From assembly GCF_026210795.1 (NCBI RefSeq), contig NC_089436.1:2356001-2420000 (forward strand): DNA of 64,000 nucleotides. The letters run 5' to 3'. The DNA is from Rhizophagus irregularis (Eukaryota). A program made the translations under genes and the position numbers. Shown in pieces: positions 39,968 to 51,759 of this stretch. Under the pieces are notes generated by a model that was not told the DNA's origin, made no database searches, and was given only the letters and a program-made list of their open reading frames with translations. Position 1 is the first letter of the stretch; the number at the start of each line of letters is the position of its first letter.

Positions 39968-41544
39968 TCAATATTTTTGTGCTTCTTGTCTAATATTTTT
40001 TTGCCACCCAATTTTTACAATACCTAATGTTTTCATTTGTTCATCAGATAAGTCTTTTATAATATTTACAGTTATTGCTTCTTCAAGAAAAGCATTTTCA
40101 AATTGAGAATATTCACCATTACAATTGTATTTTTGATCTAAACTAAAAAGAAATTCATGAATTGAAGGTAATTTGTGATTTGTAGATGTATCTAATTGAT
40201 TAAAAGAAGGATAAGGATATTGAAATGGTGGCATTTGAATAATAATAGGTATAGGTGTATTAGCAGGTGGGACAGCTGATGCAGCAGTAGGTACTGCAGT
40301 AGCAGATGTAGTAGTGGATGCAGTAGCAGGTGCAATTGTGGATATTTGAGTATTATTATTGCTAACTAACACGCCTAATATTGCACTAAATATGGGATAA
40401 GTTGGTGGAACGTCTTCAGTAGTACCTTTATTCATCTATAGTAATAATTAAATTTTGTGAATATCCAAATAAAAATCAATTTTATTGCAGATAACTTACA
40501 ATTTCTCGTGCCCAAAGTTGTAATCTTGCTGGATTAAACTGTAAATGACGATTATCTTGAATATAACATGGTGTTGTATGTAAATTACACTTGTATTTTT
40601 CGCATAATACAGAAATTATTTCTGCTCGTGTTCTTTCTTCTTTTGATAAATCATCATCTCTAATAACACGAGATTTTTTCTTTTTTTTAGTATGTGTTAT
40701 TACCTTTTCTTCCTCAGAAACTGAGCCATCACTTTCAACATCATCAGAATTCTAAAAATTTTAAAAAATTACGTCAAGTTAGAATATTGAATATGTAAAA
40801 TAATAAGAGTAATTGCAATTTCCTTACCTTTAAACGCTTTTCACTTGATTTTGTTTCATTATCTGTAGAATTATCAATCACTACCATCATTCCCATTTTT
40901 TTATTAGCTGTAGTAACTTTCTTATAATCTTCAATAAACTCTTTAAAATCAAGTTCATCTTCTAATTCACTTGAAAGACCACGTGAATTCATTGCTTTAT
41001 ATGATATACTGTAATTTGCTGGTTTGATATTCTCATTTTGAAGTGCTTTTTGTACAAAAGCATTGATCTTTTCCATAACATTGATATATTCAACTGGTTT
41101 AATAATTAGAGTCTTAGAAGTAGAGGTTTTCTTACCCTTTTTTTCAATGCTTACATGTAGTTTGATTTCATCAATACCACATTCTTCAAATAATTCAAGA
41201 GACTCAACGTACACTGCAGCTTTACTTTTCATTTTTTTTTTAGAAATTTTGTCTTTAGTTTTCAACCTTTGATATTTACTATTACATGTAGAACAAAAAG
41301 TAAAAGAAAAAGGCTCATTAAAATTATTATTATATTGAAATTTCGTCTCAGCAGAAGAAAGAAAGTAATTTGCTGTTGGTAAATTTTCGTTTAGAGTATA
41401 TACACGAAAATAAATTTGCTATCCACGTTCTGGTTTGCTTACTCTTGTTGGTTTTATGTTTTTATTACAGTTACAAGGTGAAAAATTAAAGCAAAACAGA
41501 CATTTCTGACACGCGAAGCAAATACCAGGAAGATATTTGTTCAT
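39968..41544 (-). pseudogene. Transposon cargo gene: Cys-rich N-terminus, CxxH..C..H motif, C-terminal SAM-like domain; one in-frame stop
   Basis: MNKYLPGICFACQKCLFCFNFSPCNC... with TAG near 41420; CKLHTTPCYIQDNRHLQF..RLQLWAREI..PP; C-terminal LPSIHEFLFSLD...FLEEAITVNIIKDLSDEQMKTLGIVKIGWQKNI; introns at ~40753-40827 and ~40437-40498. Confidence 0.65.
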
Positions 41545-41552
41545 TTTAATAT

Positions 41553-42470
41553 TTAATTCATGATCCGTCTCCGAACCAGTGAAAACTACTAATAAATTTC
41601 AGGGAACTGGTTTTACAAATTAATTATAACTTAAATGGCTTTTGAGCTGATTTTCCCAGAATTTTTTTTTTTTAAGTGTTATATAATAATGTTCTGGGTA
41701 TATTGAATGATAAATTTGCATTGTCAAATATTAATATCACAAGTTTGATCAACATATACTTGCCATTTAAGGCTACATTGTTATACAAATTGGCGATATT
41801 GCCTAAAAAGTAACCAGCCAAATTTGTATTACAACCCGGCTGAAAAATAGTGTAACCAATTGCTTAAAACTGAGGGAATCAGAATCCATCAAAAATTTTT
41901 ACATTGAACGATTAGTTAAAAAATTTTTTCTTTAGCGACGCTAGATTCCGGCCTTTAAAAATGCCATAATTATTCAATACAAGAGGTGTGACAATCACAA
42001 AATTGATATTTTTTTATTAAAATGTTATTTATTTGCTGGTAAATAATTTATTTAAAGGTTATAAATAAGAAAAAACAAAAAAAAAGTATTAAAATTATTT
42101 ATTTCTATTAAACACAGGTCGTACTATATTTTGCTTATATTGAGTGGTGTATCTAGTAATTTTGCAGTTCTTCTTAAAGATGTTAGCCTTAATTATTTTT
42201 TAAAAAATTTTGAATTACGGCTATAAGATTTTTATAGCCTTAATTAATTACGGCATATAAAAATTTTGTATTACGACACTTTTTTGAATTATGGCTAACA
42301 TCTTTAGTTCTTCTAAACTACTTTTCTCTAATAATTTGTAAGTTCATTTCACATTTCCTGCGTGCTATATCTCTTGCTCTTATCTGAATTTCCCACTAAA
42401 TTAATTTGCAAAATAATTCCCCAAAATGTATTAGTAGATTTCACTGGTTTGGAGACGGATCACGAATTAA
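41553..42470. repeat. ~70-bp inverted repeat pair bracketing ~780 bp (possible nested MITE or internal module)
   Basis: TTAATTCATGATCCGTCTCCGAACCAGTGAAAACTACTAATA (from 41553) is the reverse complement of TATTAGTAGATTTCACTGGTTTGGAGACGGATCACGAATTAA (to 42470), with a few mismatches. Confidence 0.8.
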
Positions 42471-43796
42471 TTTATCACGCGTATGGCATACTGCGCCATT
42501 TATAGTGATATAGGTAATACGAATTAAAAATCAATTTTATTGGCTATTTGCTGTTTTCGCAATTTTTGATAATTTATTTATAAAATGATTGACAAGCCGC
42601 AGTTTACAGTAATTCAAAAACGGCGATAAAAAACCCTAATAAAATATGTAAACAGTTACTATTTTTAATACAAAGATTAAGTTAATTGTATATGTAATAC
42701 AGAAAACATTTTTAGACGTGATTGTGTAACATGTTTTTGATAAAACAAATATGTGTTCACGTAACATTAAAATTATAAATCATATACGCGTTCATGTAAC
42801 ATTTAAAAAATATATATTAAAAATGAGAGCAAGAAAAATAAGTGTTTTTCTGTTTTTTTATAATTTTACACTATAATTTTTGTAATAATTAATAAAAGTT
42901 ATTTCATTTTTACTTAGAAAATTTTTAAAAATATTTTTTTTGATAAATTTTACAGTAAATTTTAAAAATAAAAATTCTGCGTATTGGTGGTGTTACGAAA
43001 AACATGAATAAATTCATAAATAAAAAGGTTTTGGATGTTTCCTTTGAATTATACTCTGAAGTCACAGAACAGATATACGAAAATATTAATAAGAAACATT
43101 TATAAGTTGTAATATTACAAAAAAGTAATAATAGCTTTATCCATGCATTATTTCAAAAATTTTTGTTTTTTTAGTTTTTTTTTATATACATATTTTATAA
43201 AAAAAATTATATATTAATATATATATGTCATAAAATAAGTTGCTTAGCAGTGTAAAAAATTTATGGGTTGGATAAAAGTTTGTTTAGCAGACATGAAAAA
43301 TATTTGCTTATTAACTTAGTAAATTTTAAATTTTTCATCTGACCTACTATATATATATTGTTTGGGATCCTGTCATAATAATACATAACGCATCTCTAAC
43401 CTTAAACGCAAAATTGTCATATATGTACTGGCAACAAATAGGCAATAGTTGCTTTAGTTATAAGGTACGCATTTCTGATAAATAAATGGACTGGCCATAG
43501 TAATACTTATCAGAACCCTAATCCTTTAACTAACTGACTTTCAAAAGTTATTTAAAAGTTACTTGAAAAATGTAAGCAGTAAGACGTAGTAAAATTTCAT
43601 TTAATTTTGGTCAATACTATTCTATAATTTTGGCCAGAACTTTAGGATTGATAAAGTCTTTCTAGTTACCTGCCAGTTTTATGACAGTTTCAGAAGAGTT
43701 CTAAAAGAGTTTCAGGTACTACCAAATCACTACTATAACACCAACTTGAAACTATAAATTATGTATTTAAAGATTGGCCAGAAATTATACCATAGT

Positions 43797-45403
43797 TAAA
43801 GCTCTGAATGGTTTTAATTTGAACTGAAAACTGATCCAAAACTGACCAAAAATTCAATTTAGTTCTCAGTTCAGTTTTGGAATTGGAATCATTTGGTTCA
43901 GTTCAGTTCTATTTTATTTTAAGAAAAAAATGTGAAAATCAAAATAATTTGGCAACCAGTGATCATATAAAGATGAATAATAGCTCATTAGAATCGTTCT
44001 ATCGAAATATATCGAATGGTGGTAATATTATTTCTTTAGTCTTGATATATCACGAGATAATTAATGTTAAACAATTTTTAAGAAACTAGCGCTAAAATCA
44101 TATCTATTGATCCTAGAGAAATAATCTTGACATCATTTGATAGGTCTTAATGAGACAAATCTAATGAGCCTTTTTTCATTTTTTTATAATTACTACATAA
44201 TAAGTTATCTTAATTTTCGCATTTTTTTAAATTTTTGAACATCAAAAAAATAAAAATTCTGATCTAAGATATAACCCATCATCTACTGATTGCATTAAAA
44301 TGATCTTTAACTCATTAGAATCGTCTCAATAAGACGAATTGAATGATGGTAAAATCATGTCTCTAGTATTGGTATATCACAAGATAAATCATGCTAAACA
44401 GTTTTAAAAATCAGCATTAAAAAGGTATTTATCAATGCTAGAAATATGATCTTACTGTCATTCAATTCATCTCATTGAAACAGTTTTAATGAGCTAAAGA
44501 TCATTCTAATGCAATCAGTAGAGAATGGGTTATATCTAGGGATGTAAAATTACTGTAATTTATAAAATTTATTGTTACGTTATGGTAATTTTCTATAAGT
44601 TACGTAACTTACGTTACATTATGTTATTGTAACATAAAATTTTTTTTTTAATCAAAATCTGAAGAAACAATAAATCCCAATAAAAAAATGATATAAATAT
44701 AAATATAAATACTGTAATTCTGAATGAACAAAAATACGACAAGATTGCAGGAATATGTTAAACTTGTATGATAAGATCATAAAAATAGTTGAATCCGAAA
44801 CTGTAAAACATGATAATAGGCTACTTTTTATTTGTTAATGTTCGTTATAAATTATAAACTTGGCCAAGATTAAGGTAATACTGGCTGAATTATCTTAATT
44901 CTGGTAAACATATCAATACATATCAATGTAATGTTACATTCAGTCCATGTAACTTACAGTGTAAGTTACGTAATGTAACGTAACATAATGTAACGATTAG
45001 CATCCCTAGTTATATCTTAGATCAGAATTTTTATTTTTTGACATTTGAAAATTTAAAAAAATGCAAAAATTAGGATAACTCGTTATGTAGTGATCATAAA
45101 AAATGAAAAAAGGCTTATTAGATTCGTCTCATTAAAACCTATCGAATGATGCTAAGATCATTTCTTTAGGATCAATAAATACAATTCTAGTGCTAGTTTC
45201 TTAAAAATTGTTTAGTGTTGATTATCTTGATTATCTTGTGATATATCGAGACTAAAGAAATAATATTACCAGTTACCACCATTTGACATACCTTAATAAG
45301 GTGATTCTAATGAGCTATTGCTCATCTTTATATGATCACTGGTTGCTGAGTTATTCCTATTTTTACATTTTTTAAATACCGAACTGACCTATTTGGAGCT
45401 TTA
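43797..45403. mobile_element. Older hAT-type foldback MITE (TAAAGCTC family) carrying a nested MITE
   Basis: TAAAGCTC...GAGCTTTA termini; flanks ACCATAGT / ACCATAAT (7/8 match); palindromic body with the same architecture as 48287-49484. Confidence 0.8.
44537..45008. mobile_element. hAT-type MITE nested in the foldback element
   Basis: TIR TAGGGATG...CATCCCTA; exact 8-bp TSD GTTATATC at 44529-44536 and 45009-45016; GTTAC/GTAAC subterminal repeats. Confidence 0.92.
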
Positions 45404-45808
45404 ACCATAATGCTAGCCAAATTTAAATATGGATTTACTATAAATTACTGCACCACCTGACACGATCATGCATTTCATCCATATTTACTAACTAATAGGT
45501 TATGGAAAGGAAAGCAGATTCTATTTTTAGAACCTATTAATTAGTAGATTATGGTATTCTAGGCTATATTAATTAATAAATTATGATGTTCTAAAACATA
45601 TTAATTAATAGATTACAAGCCCAATGTGGGTATGCTTTATTGATATAATTCCATTTTTGTAACGCAAGAATATTAAAGCAGAAACAAGTCATGTGAATTT
45701 TGGTCAATAAAAAATTTATTATATAAACGCAATGAGAGATAACAGACAAACTTCAATAGCAAATATCATTCAGTAGTTGCAATCATTAAAAAATTACTCA
45801 TATTATCA

Positions 45809-47740
45809 TTATTTGCGACACTCTCCCATGTTAAACCAATTAATGAAAGCATCCTGACGGTGAATCATCATAATCAGAATCATTGTAATCATGATACATG
45901 AGTGGATTTATGAAACGTGAGTTTTTTCCTGCGAGTTTTTTTGGTGAACTCTTCGCATCACCTATATGACTCTTCAATATTGAAGAATGGGAATGTAAAA
46001 CTGAATTCCGGCGATGTGACTTTTTGAGTTCCTCAAGTATCTTGAGGGTATCATCTAATCCCCTCTAAGCAAAAAAGATAATTATTAGAATAAAATGTTT
46101 CAATACTAATTTAATTCAAAGAATTACTTACTCTAAGATTTCGCAAAATCCTAAGTGCATTCACCAATTCATGATGGTCTTCCCAACTAATTGGGAGCCG
46201 AAAAGCACCAATGAGAAACATTCGGTAGGATTTTGAAACGGGTAAATCCATACCCCAAATTTGCACCTCAAGTCCTATATACAAAGATAATTTATTTAAC
46301 AAGAAAAAAAATAAAGACCCAGCTTATATATTAACTTACCGTGTATATGAAAAAACCACGAGCGTAGACGTCTAAAAATTTTGTAGTCACCACGATTGTA
46401 TTTTCTAACTATATCATTTAGAAGATCGCGACAGCCCCAATATCCTTTCACATGGTCTTTTAAGTATCTTGGCAAATCCGAGGTTAAGTAACCACCAGAC
46501 AGCTCCACCATGCCTATTTCAAGGCTTTCTTCATCGGGGGAATGAAATGAACCATCTACTTTCATACCTAGAGGCTTGTCATCGTCAGGTTTTAGATTAC
46601 ATCGTAATAATCTCTGATTTGCACTAGCCTTTAGATAAATTTCGCCTCTATTTTGAAAAAGAGATAATCACATTTTTAATACTGTAAAGAAGAACGAAAT
46701 ATTAATTTGGTGTTTGATTCAAAAAACGTACGGCACATATATAACGCGGTCAGTTGTGTTAGTAAGGTACTGCAACATTGGATGAATCATTAGTGAACCC
46801 AGGAGTGCTTCATTTTTATTTTTGCTGTGGAAAGCCGACGCAGGGTTAAATACATTTTTCGTGCTTCAAATTAAATTTGTTAATTAAATAGTGAAATAAA
46901 AAAAAATAAACAGTACTATTTTTGCAGAAATCTATACTCACAACCATAAAAAGACATCCGTTACAAATTCCATTTCCTTATCGATCTCATTTTTAAACTT
47001 GGCTTTACAAACACATTGCATTAATGAGTTCTATTGTTAATTAGCAAATGTAAATAACATTATCATTAAAGGTAAAGATTAATTTGTACTTACAGTCTCT
47101 AATAATTCTTTAACGAGGTTTTCTACATTAGAAGTCAGTTTATAATTCGGATATTCAATGCTAGTTTGTAAATAATTCCAATCTTTTTGTTCAATCCACT
47201 CTGATTTACGAATCTTTGAACCAATACGTATGATACCAAGACATGACGGGCTACATATAAATGCAAAAATTAATATGTTGGATCAAGACATGAAGAAAAA
47301 AAATGAAGATTATAAAACTTACTGTGACTTATGCAGATTTTCAGGTCTACGAATTACTTCATCAATCGGGTTTCCAGAAGGCAATAGCCAAATATCATCT
47401 AGACTGTCTTGATCAGGGTACTTTGAGTGATTTTGTACAGGTATCTGTTGCTCCAATAAGTCGGACTCAATATTTGGATCTATATCATGATTATAATCTA
47501 TTTCATCATCTGTCTCCAATGAAATCATAGAGTTTTCTGAAGTTGACTGCATTCGATTTTCCTTGCAACCGTCCATGTTTTCTGCTCTATCAGCGGTTTT
47601 TATCTGTGCGCACATCCACAAGGTAAGAAAAGGGCTATGTAACAAATTTAGAAAGGACCTTTATCGAACTCACCTTTTTTAGCGGAGACTCAATATTTGG
47701 CATTTCCTCCTCTTCAACTGATTTCCCAGGTTTTTCGTGA
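45809..47740 (-). CDS. Multi-exon hypothetical protein with PD-(D/E)xK nuclease-like motif spacing; 5' end cut by a MITE
   Basis: Exons joined by GT-AG introns; MKVDGSFH...LEIGMVELSGG...YLKDHVK, GLEVQIWGMDL..FRLP; TAA at 45809-45811; the upstream exon runs into the MITE at 47741. Confidence 0.55.
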
Positions 47741-48204
47741 CAGTTGTGATGCACATCTGAAATGTGTATCAGGTTGACGGCGCAGTGTGGCGCAGCGATT
47801 TTTTCCAAAAAAATTAAATTGCAATTTTTTTTATTTAAAATAAAATCTTTAAATTACTACACTAGATGTATTTTCGTCCGCTCTGCAAATTTACTTAGAG
47901 AATATATGGGTGGTTTAGAAGGCCATTTTCGAGTTATTTAACAAAAACTGTTTTTTCGACAAATCCAATTTTGGAAATGATCGGCAAAGACAATAAAATC
48001 AGTTGTTATATACTAAAGTCAAAATCTACTTCCAAAACCTCCTTCCATTTATAAGTGAATTTTGTAAAACAGATGAAAATACATTTAGTGTGTAAATTTG
48101 AAAATATTACATTAAAAAGAAAATCTTTAACTTATTTTTTTTTGAAATTACTGCGCCACACTGCGCCGTCAACCTGACACACATTTCAGACGTGCATCAC
48201 ACTG
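47741..48204. mobile_element. MITE with ~55-bp TIRs, superfamily uncertain
   Basis: CAGT(T)GTGATGCAC.TCTGAAATGTGT.TCAGGTTGACGGCGCAGTGTGGCGCAG at both ends in inverted orientation; further subterminal symmetry; no clear TSD. Confidence 0.8.
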
Positions 48205-48286
48205 ATGTAGGGATGTTAATTAAACTCAGTTTGAAACAGGTTTATGCTCAAACTAATATAGTTAGTTAGAAACTAGCGGATAGGAC

Positions 48287-49484
48287 TAAAGCTCCGAACA
48301 GTTCCAGTTTGAACCGGGAACCGATCCGGAACCAGCAAAAAATTCGGTTCGGTTTTCGGTTCAGTTTTGGACTTGGAACCGTCCGGTTCGGTTCAGTTCT
48401 ATCCGAAATTAAGAAAAAATGCAAAAAAACGAATATACAACTATCCAGTGATCGTACAAGGACGAGCCATAGCTCGTTGGAATCCTCTCATCGAGACGCG
48501 TCGAATGGTGGTAAAATCAAGTCTCTAGCATCGATAGATCACGAGATAGCACATGGTGAGTGTTTCTTAAAAAATTTGCATTAGAAAACGATCCATTGAT
48601 GCTAGAGACATGAATTTACCACCATTCGACGCATCTCGACGAGACGAATCTAATGAGATATAATTTGTCTTTTTACAATCACTGGATGGTCGTGTATTCG
48701 TTTTTTCACATTTTTTTTAAATTTTCAAACGTCAAAAATTAAAATTCCGATACAAGCGATTAAACGCCATCTATTGATCACACAAAGACGAATTTTAGCT
48801 CATTGGATTCGTCTCACTGCGACGAGTCGAATGGTGGTAAAATGATGTCACTAGCATCGATAGATCGTTTTCTAATGCGAATTGTTTAAGAAACACTCAC
48901 CATGGGCTATCTCACGATCTATCGATGCTAGAGACTTGATTTTACCACCATTAGACTCGTCTCAGTGAGACGAATCCAATGAGCTAAAATTCATCTTTGT
49001 GTGATCAATATATGGCGTTTAATCGCTTGTATCGGAATTTTAATTTTTGACGTTCAAAAATTTAAAAAAAAATGCGAAAAAATGAATACACGACCATCCA
49101 GTGATTGCAAAAAGACGAATTATAGCTCATTAGATTCGTCTCGTTGAGATGCGTCGAATGGTGGTAAATTCATGTCTCTAGCATCAATGGATCGTTTTCT
49201 AATACAAATTTTTTAAGAAACACTCACCATGGGCTATCTCGTGATGTATCGATGTTAGAGACTTGATTTTACCACCATTCGACGCGTCTCGATGAGAGGA
49301 TTCCAACGAGCTATGGCTCGTCCTTGTACGATCACTGGATGGTCGTGTATTCATTTTTTCGCATTTTTCTTAATTTCAGATAGAACTGAACCGAACCGGA
49401 CGGTTCCGGTTCGGTTCCATTTCGGTTTTTGGTTCTACCCGAACCGCAAAAAAACCGAACCGAACTGACCCGTTTGGAACTTTA
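48287..49484. mobile_element. Young hAT-type foldback MITE, 1.2 kb, almost fully palindromic
   Basis: TAAAGCTCCGAAC...GTTTGGAACTTTA; exact 8-bp TSD GATAGGAC at 48279-48286 and 49485-49492; GAACCG subterminal repeats; three internal hairpin units. Confidence 0.92.
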
Positions 49485-49538
49485 GATAGGACGGAGCTTT
49501 ATACCCTGTGCGTTTATATCTCATAGTACTTAGGTGGA

Positions 49539-50150
49539 AACAACTGTTCGTGTCTGTTCCAGGCCTTGGCGGCGACAGTTGATCCAATGACTTTGCTGAA
49601 ATCACTCACGTCTGTTCCAGGTCCTGGTGGTGAGTGTTTTCCTTGGTATATGTAAAGTTGCTTGTCTAAACCTCTTCAAAATTCTACGATTAGTTTTATC
49701 AAAATTTTACTATAGATTTATTATAGTTTCGGCAGAGTTTTGGCAGTTTCGGCATTTATAATAAGTTTTGGCAGTTTCATCTTTCTCCAAAGTTTCGCTA
49801 GTTTTTTAATATAACTTTAATATAGTTTTGGCAGAATTTTGCTTTTCGGTGAAACACCATCTTGCCTAAACCCCTAGGTTTCGGCAAGCAACCTTAGGTA
49901 TATATTACTTTGGAGAAGCCATAACTTTATGTCTGTTCCAGACCTTGGCGGTGAAGTTATGAGTTGTTTGACGACTAACAACTGTTCGTGTCTGTTCAAG
50001 GCCTTGGCGGCGACAGTTGATCCAATGACTTTGCTGAAATCACTCACGTCTGTTCCAGGCCCTGGCGGTGAGTGTTTCCCTTGGTATATGTTACCTTGAA
50101 GAAGCCATAACTTCATGTCTGTTCCAGACCTTGGCAGTGAAGTTATGAGT
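49539..50150. repeat. GC-richer direct repeats built from a GTCTGTTCCAG.CCTTGGCGG sub-unit
   Basis: ~113-bp copies at 49539-49652 and 49977-50091; ~50-bp copies at 49915-49963 and 50101-50150; GTTTCGGCA repeats between them. Confidence 0.7.
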
Positions 50151-51759
50151 CAGAAGACATCCAAGTTATTTCTTGGTGGTCGTCAGCCTTTTTCTTATCT
50201 TATGTCAAGAAAAAAAAAATTATTTATTGTTATTAATAGCACATATCATATATGATCAAAATTTATAAGCTGTGAAACTTTATTAATTTTTCAGTAAAAA
50301 AGTAAAGGTAGCGAATGAAATGTATGATGCTATCAAAGAGGGAGAGAGTACACAGATCCTAGGCGATTTAATGCAAGTTCCGTACCACATTATTTCTTTG
50401 CTCTCAGAATAATTTCTACAGATAAATTTGTTTCTAAACTACAAGATTCTCAGCCCCATAGATTTTCAGTTCGAAATAAATAATCCTACCCATATCTACG
50501 CTTATGTAAAAGATTATTTCCCATTAAAAGAAATACACACTTACCATTGTACTTCATTTTCACAACATTCCATTCCGCCTCATATTCAAGAAATTTGTTA
50601 CTTTATGCGTTATAATAAAGGTGTTTCAGTTTTTTTATCGCTAGAATAATACTGCGCCAAGCATCAAGAATTCGGATGCCATTGCCAGAAAATTTTATTT
50701 GCGTCTGCGCACTGTATCTCAGCATGTGACTAAAATCTGGTGACTGAAATTAATATTGCGCTGATTAGACACATGACAATGATCACGATTTTCTCGGCGA
50801 ATATCAATATGTTCGCTTTATCTTTGAGCATCTATAGAGCCAGGAAAAATGATTAACATCATGATAACGATTTTTAAGCCAAGAAATCAACTTCGCTATT
50901 ATTTTGCGAAATATACTCGTTTGATTGTTGATATTGTTGTTATTAATAGTGGTAAGTTTGAATGTTTGTTTTGATATTTTTTTGCTTTACTTGCACAAGA
51001 CGAATAAAAGGATTCACTAAATAAAGCCTCACCTTTTTATAAGATTTGTGGTGCATTTAAAGATCGATTTTTGGAATAAATCTTTGGGGAAATTACGTTA
51101 TTATGATTCATCACGAAAATCAGATCAACGGATACTCCTTAAAATTATAATAGACACTGGGATCGTGTCCCTGGATCAACAAAAAGATCTTTTTTATTAT
51201 TAATGCATGTAAAAGTTTGAGTATATGCGGGAAGTTTCAAGAATAAATTATATAGTGGTAATGACTTGTTCCCGTGATACATGGTGACGTTTTTTAAATG
51301 ATACTGCAAGTATCGATCCACAGATGAAAAACTGATTGAGAAATATTAGCATAAAAACACAATCCCACACTCTCCTCAACACATACTAGATATTGACATG
51401 TAAATATATTGCGCTTAATGTTTCTTAGCTTTATTGATTGTAAATAAAAAAATACATATTTTTGTTCATACTGCGGAATAATATCTTTACTATTGATCTG
51501 CCATTTGCCACGATGTAGCAATGTCATCATGTGGCTACAATTACGAATTTGAATTTATTGCTTGAAGTGAAGCAAGTAAGACAATATTCTGTTCCATACC
51601 ATTCGCCATGTAATCCATAATTCCCATGTTTTCTATCGCAAATAGGACATGGTGAATTCCACGGCTGAGGTGATGCAATATTATAATTATCAATCCCTCT
51701 AAAACTATTTTGGAATTTCAGGTATGTGAAATGCTCTAACACGGATCTGATAATTATTC

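Larger units (their letters stand above)
38078..43371. mobile_element. ~5.3-kb DNA transposon with a DD34E transposase and a convergent cargo gene
   Basis: Ends AGGATCCTGAACAATATATATA..GTAGGT and ACCTAC..TATATATATTGTTTGGGATCCT; direct repeat GTCATAAT at 38070-38077 and 43372-43379; second internal IR at 38311-38366 / 42573-42628. Confidence 0.72.

Noticed and set aside
48309..48584. ORFs inside foldback MITEs (also 43877-44089)
   Set aside because: They arise from subterminal repeats and palindromic modules and show no protein features.
50200..51742. Gene fragments with a CPICDRKH motif, and the fragment at 60850-61200
   Set aside because: Too decayed to define a gene model or product.
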